A stretch of DNA of 63,329 bases, filler included. It is 6 parts of 6 records of this genome, joined end to end, with 100 filler letters (N's around TTAATTAATTAA, not from the genome) between each part and the next. Parts side by side here need not be neighbours in the genome. Positions count along the whole stretch, not along the records: positions 34,755 to 52,824 come from SRR31156797_14498; 5 more parts are not named here. One strand, written 5' to 3'. The notes under the pieces are model-generated. The model was given only the letters and a program-made list of their open reading frames with translations. It did no database searches and was not told where the DNA came from. Shown here piece by piece: positions 37,047 to 47,925 of this stretch. Position 1 is the first letter of the stretch. Each line of letters begins with the position of its first letter. A program made the translations under genes and the position numbers.

Positions 37047-39102
37047 TCTCCAGCATCTTCAAAGCATTAATCTGATCTCTATAGGCTGCAGCGGCCTCAA
37101 ACTCCAGCTTTTCTGCAGCCTCAAGCATTTTCTTTTCCAACTGGACAATATCTGCCTGCAAATCGTCCACAGTGTGATACACAGCGGCAGGTTCACCAGT
37201 AACAAATTGTTCGTTAGCTGCACTTTCAGGATCTTCCTCCCAGCCGGAAGCTTTCAGGTGCTCTACAATGGAATCCTTAATCCCAGAAATAACAGTAGTA
37301 GGTTCTATACCATTGGCCTTATTGTATGCATCCTGAACAGATCGACGCCTGTTGGTTTCGTCTATGGTATACTGCATGGATCGAGTCACTTTATCTGCAT
37401 ACAAAATGACTTCTCCCCGGGCATTTCTGGCTGCACGCCCGCAGGTCTGCACCAGTGAACGCTCAGAACGAAGAAACCCCTCCTTATCTGCATCAAGAAC
37501 AGCTACCAGGGAAACCTCCGGGATATCAAGACCTTCGCGAAGCAAGTTGATCCCCACAAGCACATCATACTCTCTATTACGCAAGGCCTTTATTAATTCA
37601 ATCCGCTCAAGGGTTTTAATATCGGAGTGTAAATACCTTACCCTGACCCCTAGTTCGTCATAATATTCGGTCAGGTCTTCAGCCATTTTTTTTGTCAATG
37701 TAGTCACAAGAACGGCTTCATTTCGACTGCTGCGTAACCGAACCTCTTCCAAAAGATCATCAACCTGGGTCGAAGCGGGACGCACTTCAATGGACGGATC
37801 AAGTAACCCTGTTGGTCTAATCAATTGTTCAACAACCCTCTCCTTACCGTGTTCCAGCTCATAGTCTCCAGGTGTCGCTGACACATAAACCACCTGATGA
37901 ACGCGTTTCTCAAACTCGTCAAACTGTAAAGGGCGGTTATCAAGTGCTGAGGGCAATCGAAAACCAAAATTGACCAAAGTCTGTTTCCTTGATCTGTCAC
38001 CATTAAACATACCGCGAACCTGCGGCACTGCGATATGGGACTCATCAATAATCATGAGATAATCGTCTGGGAAGTAATCTAGAAGATTGGGAGGCGGGGC
38101 TCCAGGAGCATTTCCCGTCAAATGGCGGCTATAATTTTCGATTCCATTGCAATACCCTAGCTCAGAAATCATTTCCAGGTCAAACATGGTCCGTTGCTCC
38201 AGCCGTTGTTCTTCCACCAGCTGATTATCATGGTGCAGTTCCTCTAAACGCAGCCGCAACTCCTCCTTGATAGACTGCATGGCAGTAACCAGATTATCCT
38301 GGCTGGTGACAAAGTGGCTTCCAGGAAAAATGGTTGTTTCGTGTACATCTTCCACCACCACTCCTCGTAAAGGGTCGATAATGGAAATGGCATCAACAGT
38401 ATCTCCAAAAAACTCTACTCTGACCGCAAAATTATCTTCATGCACAGGAAAAATATCAATAACATCGCCCCGCACTCTGAAGGTACCGCGATGAAATGAG
38501 AGGTCGTTACGCTCATAAAGCATAAAAACAAGTCGTCGTTGTACCTCCTCCATGGGGTAGTCTTCCCCCACTTCAAGAAAAAGGTGCATATTCTTGTACT
38601 CATCTGGCGAGCCAAGACCATAAATACAGGACACAGAGGCTACAATTAAGACATCCCGACGGGTTAACAGGGACCGGGTGGCCGAGTGACGCATCTTATC
38701 AATGGCATCATTGATGGATGAATCTTTTTCTATGTAGGTATCTGAGGCGGGAATATAGGCTTCCGGCTGATAGTAATCATAATAGGAAACAAAATATTCC
38801 ACCGCATTATTGGGGAAAAGTTCGCGGAATTCCGAGAAAAGCTGGGCAGCCAGGGTTTTGTTAGGGGCAAGTATCAGTGCCGGTCGCTGGATGGCATTAA
38901 CAACCTGTGCCATGGTAAAAGTTTTACCAGAGCCGGTAACTCCGAGCAGGACTTGGTCACGGACGCCTTCGTTAATGCCAGCAACCAATTTTTCAATGGC
39001 TTCCGGCTGATCACCAGAAGGGGTAAAGTCGGTAACAAGCTGAAAGGGTGTATCAGTATTATAATGCTGACTGCTCACGGTGTCCGTTGCCTTATGCTCC
39101 AA
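37033..39102 (-). CDS. uvrB: Excinuclease ABC subunit UvrB
   Basis: [50 protein letters not shown]-terminal UVR domain. Confidence 0.98.
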   Translation of the reverse strand: MEHKATDTVSSQHYNTDTPFQLVTDFTPSGDQPEAIEKLVAGINEGVRDQVLLGVTGSGKTFTMAQVVNAIQRPALILAPNKTLAAQLFSEFRELFPNNAVEYFVSYYDYYQPEAYIPASDTYIEKDSSINDAIDKMRHSATRSLLTRRDVLIVASVSCIYGLGSPDEYKNMHLFLEVGEDYPMEEVQRRLVFMLYERNDLSFHRGTFRVRGDVIDIFPVHEDNFAVRVEFFGDTVDAISIIDPLRGVVVEDVHETTIFPGSHFVTSQDNLVTAMQSIKEELRLRLEELHHDNQLVEEQRLEQRTMFDLEMISELGYCNGIENYSRHLTGNAPGAPPPNLLDYFPDDYLMIIDESHIAVPQVRGMFNGDRSRKQTLVNFGFRLPSALDNRPLQFDEFEKRVHQVVYVSATPGDYELEHGKERVVEQLIRPTGLLDPSIEVRPASTQVDDLLEEVRLRSSRNEAVLVTTLTKKMAEDLTEYYDELGVRVRYLHSDIKTLERIELIKALRNREYDVLVGINLLREGLDIPEVSLVAVLDADKEGFLRSERSLVQTCGRAARNARGEVILYADKVTRSMQYTIDETNRRRSVQDAYNKANGIEPTTVISGIKDSIVEHLKASGWEEDPESAANEQFVTGEPAAVYHTVDDLQADIVQLEKKMLEAAEKLEFEAAAAYRDQINALKMLEIEVG

Positions 39103-39209
39103 TGCTAGAAAATAGAGGCAGGAAGATACAAGCTATTTACGAGAAAGGCAACTACCGTAAGTGTAGGCTGTGCATTCTTTCCTGCCTGGAACCACAATAA
39201 GGATCAATA

Positions 39210-41087
39210 TCAAAATTCCATATCGAAACTATATACACCTTCTTCAATTTTGCTGGTGACCTTCAACCCAGAGTTGTTAAAAACATTCTGCATCCGCTTG
39301 TTATCCAACAGAACCTCGGCGGTAAAACCAGCAATACCGTTTCGTTTTGCAATTTTAATAAGATGTTGAAAGAAAAAAGTGCCTAACCCTTTATTCTGCC
39401 AGCTGTCACGGACAATAAAGGCCACCTCGGCCATATTGGTTTTTTCATTAAGGTAATATCGACCGACAGAAACAATCTGATCACCACTCGCCTCTGGGAT
39501 CGTACCAACAACACACACATCCCGACGGTGATCAATATAAACAAAATCCTGGATATGGCGATGGGTAAACCGCTGGTTGCTCATGAATCTGTAATAAATA
39601 GTTTCCTGGGAAAGATTATACACCAAGTCGCGCATATGCGGCTCATCAGTGGGCCTGATGGATCGAATAGAGACATTGTTGCCGTCGGGCATAAGGTACG
39701 CCGCTATCATAGACTCTTCGCCAGGCACGAAAAAACGGCTGCCGAAACGGGCCAAATCAGGCCTGAGATATTTGGCTTCCACCGCTTCTTTAAAAAGCTG
39801 TTCCCGGTAATCGGGATGAGCTATGGAAATCAATGCCATAACTCTTTCCTGAATCGATTTACCATGAAGATAAGCAACACCATATTCGGTTGCGATATAG
39901 TGAACTGTACCGCGGGTGACAGTCACCCCTGATCCAGGCCGGAGAGTGGTTACAATTCGGGACCTTGTTCCAAATTCATCAAGAGAAGGCAAACAAACAA
40001 TGGCCCTTCCCCGCTCAGATTTGGCTGCTCCTCGGTTAAAATCAATCTGGCCACCGATACCGGAATAAAAGCTTCCACCTACTGAATCGGAGCAAACCTG
40101 ACCTGTCAGGTCAACCTCCAGAGCCATATTAACTGCCACCATCCGTTTTTGTTTACCAATCACCGCAGGGTCATTGATATATTCGGTTGGTCGAAAGCTA
40201 AATAGATTATTGTCATGGATAAAATCATAAAGTTTCTTGGTCCCCATACAGAAACTGGCCGTGATTTTTCCTTTATCGATTGTCTTTCTCGCTCCTGTAA
40301 CTGCGCCAGATTCAATGAGTGGGATGATAGTATCTGAAATCATCTCGGTATGGAACCCGATATCTTTGCGTTCATGGAGGAATTCCATGACCACTTGCGG
40401 AATTCTTCCGTACCCAGGTACTCTCCCAAGACCGAGCTCGATGGTGGAGCCATTGGGAATCAGAGCCGCCACTTCCCTGGCTATTTTCCTACTAATTTCA
40501 TTAGGCGGATCTATCTCTCGCTCAAGAATGGGATGGTCCACAGGGACTAGTATATCAAGATCATAGACATCAACCAAGGTGTCGCCGTGGGTCCAAGGCA
40601 TATTCGGATTCACTTCGGCAATCACAAGCGAGGCATTATCGGCAGCACTACGAACGATGTCCACCGATATCCCCAAACTCACTTTGCCGGTCTTATCAGG
40701 CGGTGTTACCTGAATAAGAGCAATATCTATGGGCATAATTCCTGTATTAAGCAGATCAGGAATATCAGACATTAAGATAGGGGTATAATCACCAAGCCCT
40801 TCTTGAATAATTTCCCGTACATTAGAGCTGATAAAAAAGGCATTGATTGCAAAACACTCGGACATCTTTTTCTCAGCATAGGGGGCATTCCCCTTTGTGA
40901 TAAGCTGGATGATCTCCACATTGGTCAGTTGCCCCGCCCGCCTGGTCATGGCAGTAATAAGCATCTGCGGCGCACCGCACCCAGTCCCTATAAAGACCCT
41001 CTGTCCAGGGCGCAAATGAGAAAGTGCCTTGGTTGGAGTCGCGATCATATCGCTGTATTTTTCCTGCCAATCGTTATCGTATTCCAT
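39210..41087 (-). CDS. Acetyl-CoA hydrolase/CoA-transferase fused to a C-terminal GNAT acetyltransferase
   Basis: IALIQVTPPD, HTEM, SGIGGQIDF.RGA, TEYGVA, IAHPDYRE; C-terminal AEVAFIVRDSWQNKGLGT GNAT motif A. Confidence 0.9.
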   Translation of the reverse strand: MEYDNDWQEKYSDMIATPTKALSHLRPGQRVFIGTGCGAPQMLITAMTRRAGQLTNVEIIQLITKGNAPYAEKKMSECFAINAFFISSNVREIIQEGLGDYTPILMSDIPDLLNTGIMPIDIALIQVTPPDKTGKVSLGISVDIVRSAADNASLVIAEVNPNMPWTHGDTLVDVYDLDILVPVDHPILEREIDPPNEISRKIAREVAALIPNGSTIELGLGRVPGYGRIPQVVMEFLHERKDIGFHTEMISDTIIPLIESGAVTGARKTIDKGKITASFCMGTKKLYDFIHDNNLFSFRPTEYINDPAVIGKQKRMVAVNMALEVDLTGQVCSDSVGGSFYSGIGGQIDFNRGAAKSERGRAIVCLPSLDEFGTRSRIVTTLRPGSGVTVTRGTVHYIATEYGVAYLHGKSIQERVMALISIAHPDYREQLFKEAVEAKYLRPDLARFGSRFFVPGEESMIAAYLMPDGNNVSIRSIRPTDEPHMRDLVYNLSQETIYYRFMSNQRFTHRHIQDFVYIDHRRDVCVVGTIPEASGDQIVSVGRYYLNEKTNMAEVAFIVRDSWQNKGLGTFFFQHLIKIAKRNGIAGFTAEVLLDNKRMQNVFNNSGLKVTSKIEEGVYSFDMEF

Positions 41088-41150
41088 GGTTTCCCTATGG
41101 TTAAGAAGAATTCGCTGTATTCTATCCCGAAGTGCTGATCCGAACTGTGG

Positions 41151-43268
41151 TTACCAATTTGACTTGGGATGCAATGGTACAGAGGTCGCAAAACTCATTC
41201 TGGCATCTGCAACAACTGGTTCGTTACCGAGTTCCCCGACAATCAGCGGATTGATGTCGATTTCATTTATCTGGGGGAAATCTGTAGCCAGCTGACTTAT
41301 TCGCTGTAAACAAACAGCAATCGCATTAAGGTCCATTTCCTTGACACCTCGCTTACCTTTTAACAATTCGTAGGAGCGGGTGGCTTTTAACATCTGCACC
41401 GCTTCTTCTTCAGTAATAGGCGCAAGATGAAAGGCTACGTCTTTCATCATTTCCACAAAAATACCACCAAGTCCAAACATAAGCATAGGACCAAACTGAG
41501 GATCACGGGTCATACCTAGAATGACCTCCATTCCACTCTCAGCCATTTTCTCCACATAGATTCCTTCAATATGCGCTTCCGGGGCATGTTTTCCAATCCG
41601 TAACATCATCAACTCGAAGGCATCTGCAACGGCTTGGCTGGAGCCGACATTCAGCCGTACGCCACCCATATCAGTTTTATGAACAATGTGTGGGGAAACA
41701 ATTTTCATTGCAACTGGAAAGCCGATAAACTTTGCAATTTCAACAGCCTGTTCTGGACTAACAGTTAACCGACCTTCAAGGGTGTAAAACCCGTAGGCCT
41801 TCAGAATATCTTTGGACTTTACCTCTCCCAGATGCAACCTGCCGGTTCGCTGCCTTCTGGTAATAATCCTTTCAACTCGGCGCCGATTGACAGGAAACCG
41901 CACCACATGGCGAGCAGGACGATTTCTCCATGCACCATAGTTATACATTGTCCTCAATGCAGCCACAGCGCGTTCCGGGCTATCGTAAAAAGGAAGACGT
42001 CCTGCTGCCAATTCCTTCCTGCTGGGCATCATATCGTCGCCGCCAAGAAAGGAGGCCAGCACCGGCTTGCTGAAATCCTGAGTTGCCGCAATAATTCGTG
42101 CAGTATCTTTAGGATGAGTCAAGTACTGCGGAGCAAGCACAAAAAGAATGGCATCCACACTTTCATCTTTTTGCGCCTCTTCTAGTAGTTTGGCGTAATC
42201 CTCAGGTTCGGCGTGGCCAGAGACGTCAATAGGGTTATTCACCTTCCCCGCGTCAGGAATAATATGCTGAATGGTCGTTTTCAGATTACTGCTGATTGGG
42301 CTAACTTGAAGCCCTTCATTATCCACCGCATCAGCGGCTATGGTTCCCGGCCCCCCCGCATTGGTTATAATAAAAACACGGTTACCTTTCGGGCAGGGCT
42401 GCATTGCCAGGGCTGTGGAATAATCAAACAGTGCCTCAAACGAGTCCGCCCGGCAGATCCCAGCACGTTTAAAGGCGGCCCCATAAGCCGTATCTTTACC
42501 ACCCACCACGCCAGTATGGGTGGCAGCAGCCCTTTTGCCAGCAGTAGTTGTCCCTGCCTTCAATATCACGACCGGTTTTTTTGAACTTGCCGCTTCTGCC
42601 GCCTTTACAAAACCATCACCATCGCTGATATCTTCCAGATAGCCGACAATGACCTTTGTTTGCTCATCTTCAGTCAGTGCCTCAAGAACTTCCACCTCTG
42701 TTATATCCGCCTTATTCCCAATGGATATTGATTTCGAGACCCCTAATTCACGACTCTCAGCAAGATCCATCATCGAGGTACATAATGCTCCTGACTGGGA
42801 AAAGATAGCCATGCTTCCTGGTTTGGGACACCGCTTGGAAAAGGACGCGTTGAGTTTGTTTTCAGTATTGATCAGCCCCAAACAGTTAGGTCCCAGGAGG
42901 CGTACATGACCCCGCTGGCATATCTGTATCAATTCCTCCTCCAGTTCCCTGCCCTTGGCCCCACTTTCCTTAAATCCAGCGGCTACGACGACCACAGCTG
43001 TCACTTTCTTGTATACAGCTGCTCTTGCCGAATCAGGTACCTGTTCTGCAGGGACAGCAATGATTGCCATGTCAATAGTGTCCGGGTAGTCATTAATTTC
43101 CGGATACACTTTGAGCCCCAACAACTCGCCTCCAGCCTGATTAACCGGGATAATTGGTCCCTCAAATCCGCTGTTGACAATATTTTTCAGGACCTCATAC
43201 CCTACCTTTCCGACAGTTTTAGATGCTCCAATAACAGCTATTGACTGAGGATAGAATAGTCTTTCCAC
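41151..43268 (-). CDS. Acetate--CoA ligase (ADP-forming) family, fused alpha-beta
   Basis: SIAVIGAS, GPNCLG, SQSGA, GNKADI, THTG (catalytic His), NAGGPG, NNPID, HKTDMGGV ATP-grasp. Confidence 0.9.
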   Translation of the reverse strand: MERLFYPQSIAVIGASKTVGKVGYEVLKNIVNSGFEGPIIPVNQAGGELLGLKVYPEINDYPDTIDMAIIAVPAEQVPDSARAAVYKKVTAVVVVAAGFKESGAKGRELEEELIQICQRGHVRLLGPNCLGLINTENKLNASFSKRCPKPGSMAIFSQSGALCTSMMDLAESRELGVSKSISIGNKADITEVEVLEALTEDEQTKVIVGYLEDISDGDGFVKAAEAASSKKPVVILKAGTTTAGKRAAATHTGVVGGKDTAYGAAFKRAGICRADSFEALFDYSTALAMQPCPKGNRVFIITNAGGPGTIAADAVDNEGLQVSPISSNLKTTIQHIIPDAGKVNNPIDVSGHAEPEDYAKLLEEAQKDESVDAILFVLAPQYLTHPKDTARIIAATQDFSKPVLASFLGGDDMMPSRKELAAGRLPFYDSPERAVAALRTMYNYGAWRNRPARHVVRFPVNRRRVERIITRRQRTGRLHLGEVKSKDILKAYGFYTLEGRLTVSPEQAVEIAKFIGFPVAMKIVSPHIVHKTDMGGVRLNVGSSQAVADAFELMMLRIGKHAPEAHIEGIYVEKMAESGMEVILGMTRDPQFGPMLMFGLGGIFVEMMKDVAFHLAPITEEEAVQMLKATRSYELLKGKRGVKEMDLNAIAVCLQRISQLATDFPQINEIDINPLIVGELGNEPVVADARMSFATSVPLHPKSNW

Positions 43269-43283
43269 GCGACAGACCTCTTT

Positions 43284-43934
43284 TTAGAGTTTAGGAACAT
43301 GAATGGTGAACCCGGCTGCTTCTACAGCTTTATGAACGGCACGGATATTATAAGTGTTTATGCGAAGATAAATCATTGGCGGTTCCTGCTCTGTTCCTTT
43401 CGCCCTGATAAGACGGGTAAAGGCAACATGAGCTGTCTCCATCACCTTAACAATCTTACTTAACGCCTCAGTATCCCCATTATCCTCAATGGACACGAGT
43501 GCCGACCCCTTTTCTCCCAGGCCAAAAAGAAAACGATAGGCCTTCATTAAATCCATCGCTGAAAAAATACCTATCACCTGGCGGTTGTCGTTAAGTACCG
43601 GAAGTGCCCCAATATTCTCAGCCTGGAGCAACAGCAGTGCCCTGTCAAGGGTTGACAAACGGTTTAAAGAAAGACAATCCACAGACATGACCACTGAAAC
43701 CGGGGTATTATTCACCTGGTGTTCAACACTTTGGCGTTCCTTGCTGCGCGCGACAGTCGAAGGGGTTGCAGAACGCAGATCCCGATCAGTCAACATGCCT
43801 AGCAAAGTGCCAGTGTCATCAACCACTGGGATATGACGGAATTTATGCGTATTAAGAATCTCGATAGCCTCGGAAACCGTCTGCTCAGGCCCGATGGTCA
43901 AGGGAGATGGTGTCATATAATAATGGACAAACAT
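43284..43934 (-). CDS. CBS-domain protein, AcuB-like
   Basis: Two CBS repeats (RHIPVVD..GMLTDRDL; GALPVL..GIFS..DL) plus a C-terminal ACT-like region. Confidence 0.85.
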   Translation of the reverse strand: MFVHYYMTPSPLTIGPEQTVSEAIEILNTHKFRHIPVVDDTGTLLGMLTDRDLRSATPSTVARSKERQSVEHQVNNTPVSVVMSVDCLSLNRLSTLDRALLLLQAENIGALPVLNDNRQVIGIFSAMDLMKAYRFLFGLGEKGSALVSIEDNGDTEALSKIVKVMETAHVAFTRLIRAKGTEQEPPMIYLRINTYNIRAVHKAVEAAGFTIHVPKL

Positions 43935-43955
43935 GGTATATACTCCTGTAATCCT

Positions 43956-44939
43956 TTACAAGCCTGGGTTAATTTCCTGCCGATACCTGACAATTCCCTC
44001 AAGGAATAAAGAGGTACAGCTCCCTAACCTCTCTATATTGTAGCCCCCTTCAAGCAAAGATAATACTCTCCCCTCGGTAAAAGTGTGGGCTAACTCTGCT
44101 ACAAACATTCCAAGTTCCGTGTATATCTCGGTTGAAAAAGCAAGACCGGACATATCATCATCAACATGAGCATCAAACCCTGCGCCAACAACAATAGCCT
44201 CCGGTTGAAAATGCTCAAGAAAAGAGATAATGGAGGCAAAGGTTCCCCTCACCTGCTCATCTCCTGCCCCTGGGAGCAGCGGCAAGTTGAGTAAAGTTCC
44301 CTTTCCTGGTCCAAGCCCTGTCTCTTCCGGCCATCCTGTTCCTGGGTAGCTGAAACTGGGATGTTCATGAATAGAAATATAGGCAGCATCTGGATCTTCT
44401 TCAAAAGCTGTCTGGATGCCGTTACCATGGTGAGCATCAAAATCAATAATACATATCCGCTTACGGTTATATTGCTCCTGCCAGTAACGGGCGGCGATGA
44501 CGCAGTTATTGAAAAAACAAAATCCAAAGGGCATATTGGGTTCCGCATGGTGACCAGGAGGTCTGCTCAATCCAAACACAACGGCATCCTTGTCTGCCTC
44601 CACCCTGTCTACCCCTACAAGTCCAGCTCCCGCAGAAAGAGTTGCAATGTCATAGGATTCATACCCCACCTGATTATCGGGGTGATCAATATAGGTCTTG
44701 CCGCTTAATACGGCCTCCTCAAAGCGAAACAACCAATCTTCAGTATGAAAGGCTAGTAATTGTGAGCGTGTGGCAGGATTGGGTGATACGATTCTTAGAA
44801 GAGATCGCAAAGAACTCTCCTGCAGTGCATCGGTGATGACCTTTAACCTTTCAGGTATTTCAGGGTGTTCCCCACCGCCGGTATCATGCTTGCTATAAGC
44901 CGGGTCACTGATAATAGTGACAGAGATGTCATTTCCCAT
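43956..44939 (-). CDS. Zn-dependent histone deacetylase family protein (AcuC-like)
   Basis: HPE.PERL, RPPGHHA, GFCFFNN, DFDAHHGNG.Q, AGFDAH..D, LEGGY. Confidence 0.95.
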   Translation of the reverse strand: MGNDISVTIISDPAYSKHDTGGGEHPEIPERLKVITDALQESSLRSLLRIVSPNPATRSQLLAFHTEDWLFRFEEAVLSGKTYIDHPDNQVGYESYDIATLSAGAGLVGVDRVEADKDAVVFGLSRPPGHHAEPNMPFGFCFFNNCVIAARYWQEQYNRKRICIIDFDAHHGNGIQTAFEEDPDAAYISIHEHPSFSYPGTGWPEETGLGPGKGTLLNLPLLPGAGDEQVRGTFASIISFLEHFQPEAIVVGAGFDAHVDDDMSGLAFSTEIYTELGMFVAELAHTFTEGRVLSLLEGGYNIERLGSCTSLFLEGIVRYRQEINPGL

Positions 44940-45067
44940 ATGGTTAATTGTTTGTTAATATCCTAAGGCAATTTACTTGAAGAAAACGATATGAGACTCT
45001 TTCTTAAAATTATACTATTACCGCAACCGCAGTAAAGTACAAACAATTCTTTGAACACCCGACTGAA

Positions 45068-45331
45068 ATGACACAGAAAAAAACATGCATTCGTCTTTTT
45101 AAATCCGCCCTCTGTCCAAGATGTCGCCACACAGAAAAACTCCTCAATCAGATTGCTGAGCATCGAACTGATCTTGAGATCTATCCGATTGATGTAGTCC
45201 GGCATCCGCTGATGAGTTTACAAAATAACATACGCATGATCCCAACCCTTATACTAGACAACAATAAGCGGTTGTCTGGTATTTTCCTCGGAAAGGAGGA
45301 ACTCCGTTCCTTCTTGGCAGCAAACACATAA
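45068..45331 (+). CDS. Small thioredoxin/glutaredoxin-fold protein
   Basis: CPRC motif, cis-Pro segment IRMIPTL. Confidence 0.7.
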   Translation: MTQKKTCIRLFKSALCPRCRHTEKLLNQIAEHRTDLEIYPIDVVRHPLMSLQNNIRMIPTLILDNNKRLSGIFLGKEELRSFLAANT

Positions 45332-45359
45332 TAAGCCAAAACAATAAAGACTTATGCTT

Positions 45360-46157
45360 CTATTGATTCAACTCGGCCGCCCTCTCCGGTGGAAACAGAC
45401 GGTCTATCATCGATCGTTTGTTTACAGGACGGTTTAACAGTACATTAAGGTTGTCCTTGGCAGTATAATTGCGGTCCCACAGTTCTATCGCCGTTTCATA
45501 ACATTTTTTCGCTGATTCCAGATTTCCCTTGTATCGTTCAATCACGCCGAGATTTGTATAGGTAACTGACAGTCTGCGCTTGGTTTCTAACTGGCCCAAC
45601 ATAATGTCATCCACTCTTTTCTGGATTACATTTTCCACATTAACATCTTCTAAAGCAGGGTCACCAGCGGCAAAAGTAGGACGCACACGCTGCTCAACTT
45701 CATCACGAGTCAGCTCGCCCATATCACTCAACCATTGTTCATACAACCCTATGGCCTGTCGGGTATGGGTTTCAGCAATAGCGAGCGTTTCGAGCATTGT
45801 TTTACGCTCAACCTTCACCTCGTTTAACAGTTCGGTCTCCAGCTTAACCAGATGAACAGAAGCCTTGTTATTGAGAATTACGCCTCGTTCAAAAGACTGC
45901 TCGTATCCTTCGGTGTTCCTATAGATAAGGTCCATGGCTTTTAAAATACTCAAAGCCGTCCCATATTGGTCACTTGCAAGACCTTTTTCATACAGCAACA
46001 GCAGTTCTCTGGCCTCCGTTACCCGGGGATCATCCGAGCTGTTTATCCGTCCATAATGAAAGACAGCATATATACATATAAAGACCACTACGAGCAGAGT
46101 GCCCAGTAAAACCTTGACGATGCCTGATTGTCGCTGAAAAGCAGTAAATATTTTCAT
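45360..46157 (-). CDS. Membrane-anchored tetratricopeptide repeat protein
   Basis: N-terminal TM helix; TPR YTNLGVIERYKGNLESAKKCYETAIEL. Confidence 0.8.
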   Translation of the reverse strand: MKIFTAFQRQSGIVKVLLGTLLVVVFICIYAVFHYGRINSSDDPRVTEARELLLLYEKGLASDQYGTALSILKAMDLIYRNTEGYEQSFERGVILNNKASVHLVKLETELLNEVKVERKTMLETLAIAETHTRQAIGLYEQWLSDMGELTRDEVEQRVRPTFAAGDPALEDVNVENVIQKRVDDIMLGQLETKRRLSVTYTNLGVIERYKGNLESAKKCYETAIELWDRNYTAKDNLNVLLNRPVNKRSMIDRLFPPERAAELNQ

Positions 46158-46162
46158 TTATC

Positions 46163-46200
46163 AAAAAAAAAGCCTCTACTGCAAGATATGCAGTAGAGGC
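46163..46200 (-). terminator. Rho-independent terminator downstream of the symporter
   Basis: GCCTCTACTGCA-N5-TGCAGTAGAGGC followed on the minus strand by T9. Confidence 0.88.
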
Positions 46201-46226
46201 AGATTGAAGTTATCTCATATGTGAAA

Positions 46227-47912
46227 TTATTTCACACCATGAACAGTTTCTGCAAGATTCTTCTGTACCTCAAGTGGCGGAGGAGCAGTCATCAGCGAAA
46301 CAACTATGTTTGCAGCAACAGCAAGCGGGCCGGCAATCCAAGCAAAATACCATGGGTTAAGCCAATAGTTCATGAAGTCCTTTCCCGGAAGGCTGACGCC
46401 GTACTTGCCAGCGATAAAGTAAACAATAACGACCAGGGAAATAAAACTGCCTGTGGTCAAACTGGCAATGCCGCCAGCCCTGTTGGAACGACTCCACCAG
46501 ATACCGACAAGAAACAGCGGAAACATGGTACAACCAGCAAGGGAAAAGGCTACCGCAACCAACTGGGCAATAAGACCAAGTTTGAGCAACGATACACCTG
46601 CGACTCCCATAGCCATAACTATGGTTGCAAGCTTTACCATGCGCATTTGCTGCTCGCCTGTTGCCTGAGGGTTAAAAACACCAAAATAGATATCATGGGA
46701 AAACGCTGAAGATCCTGCTACCAACAAGCCTGAAACAGTTGAAAACGCAGCTGCTACAGCACCTGCTGCAAGAAAGCCGACGATCAAAGGATGAACTGAG
46801 CCGAGCTGGGCCGTATAGACTACAATGGCATCCTTTGCAAGGGCACCGACTTCAGGATTGGAAGACAGAATTTTACCAAAGGCGGAATAAAGCGGTGCGG
46901 TCCAGTAAAGAATACAGATAAAGAATAAGCCCCAGGTAACGGACCAGCGAGCGTCACTTGGCTTAGGCACAACATAAAATTTCTGGATTACATGGGGTAA
47001 TCCGGCGGTACCTATCATCAATGCGAAACAGGTAGCCATCCATTGGAAAAAATCCTTTCCTGTGGCCGGGTCCCACGGCATGGCAAACTCAGGTGTAGGA
47101 ACAGTAGCCATAGGGTGACCAAGGGAACTGACAAATGGGGTTGCGGTACCTGCGACTATATCAGAAACAACCTGTCCATAACCGATTGGTGGAATAAGCC
47201 AGAAATAATCAAATTTAAAGGTAAGAATAAAGGATGGTATCAAAAACGCTATAATAAGTATAACATACTGAATTTGCTGATTTTTAGTAACACCAAGCAT
47301 ACCTGAAACCAAGGTATACGTTAAAACAACAGATGCACCAATAATAACGGACCAGGTGTAATTCATACCAAGAATCCACTTAAACATGATGCCAATACCA
47401 CCAAACTGACCGACACAGTAGCTAAACGAGATACAAATAGCGATGATTGCTGTGGCCAGCCGCATACCATTTGAATAGTACCGGTCACCAATAAAATCAG
47501 TGGCTGTATACTTACCAAAACGACGGACCTGAGAAGCCATCAATACCAACAGTAAGACATAACCGCCAGTCCAGCCAACAACATACGACAATCCATGATA
47601 GCCGCTTCCATACATAATGGCAGCCATTCCGAGGAAGGAAGCCGCACTCATCCAGTTTGAGGCAATCGCCATCCCTGATCCAAAACTGGAGATTGATCTA
47701 CCGGCAGCGTAATAGTCGCTGGTCCCTTCGGCCTTATTCATGAAACCAATGCTGACAAACAATACAATCATCGCAATCAGGATCAGTGCAGGGACGAGTT
47801 TAAAACCTCCCTCAAGGCTTGCTCCACTGGCGGCAAAAGCAGGGATTACTGACAAAAGCGAACCCAGAACAAGTGTCACAAAAAACAACGTGTTTTTTTT
47901 CATTTTCATCAT
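46227..47912 (-). CDS. actP: Sodium/cation:solute symporter, acetate permease ActP-like
   Basis: YYAAGRSI, WMSAASFLG, GWTGGY, GTAGLPH, AAAFSTVSGLL; AGGAGA RBS favours a start at 47912. Confidence 0.82.
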   Translation of the reverse strand: MMKMKKNTLFFVTLVLGSLLSVIPAFAASGASLEGGFKLVPALILIAMIVLFVSIGFMNKAEGTSDYYAAGRSISSFGSGMAIASNWMSAASFLGMAAIMYGSGYHGLSYVVGWTGGYVLLLVLMASQVRRFGKYTATDFIGDRYYSNGMRLATAIIAICISFSYCVGQFGGIGIMFKWILGMNYTWSVIIGASVVLTYTLVSGMLGVTKNQQIQYVILIIAFLIPSFILTFKFDYFWLIPPIGYGQVVSDIVAGTATPFVSSLGHPMATVPTPEFAMPWDPATGKDFFQWMATCFALMIGTAGLPHVIQKFYVVPKPSDARWSVTWGLFFICILYWTAPLYSAFGKILSSNPEVGALAKDAIVVYTAQLGSVHPLIVGFLAAGAVAAAFSTVSGLLVAGSSAFSHDIYFGVFNPQATGEQQMRMVKLATIVMAMGVAGVSLLKLGLIAQLVAVAFSLAGCTMFPLFLVGIWWSRSNRAGGIASLTTGSFISLVVIVYFIAGKYGVSLPGKDFMNYWLNPWYFAWIAGPLAVAANIVVSLMTAPPPLEVQKNLAETVHGVK

Positions 47913-47925
47913 TGTATCAGTTCTC

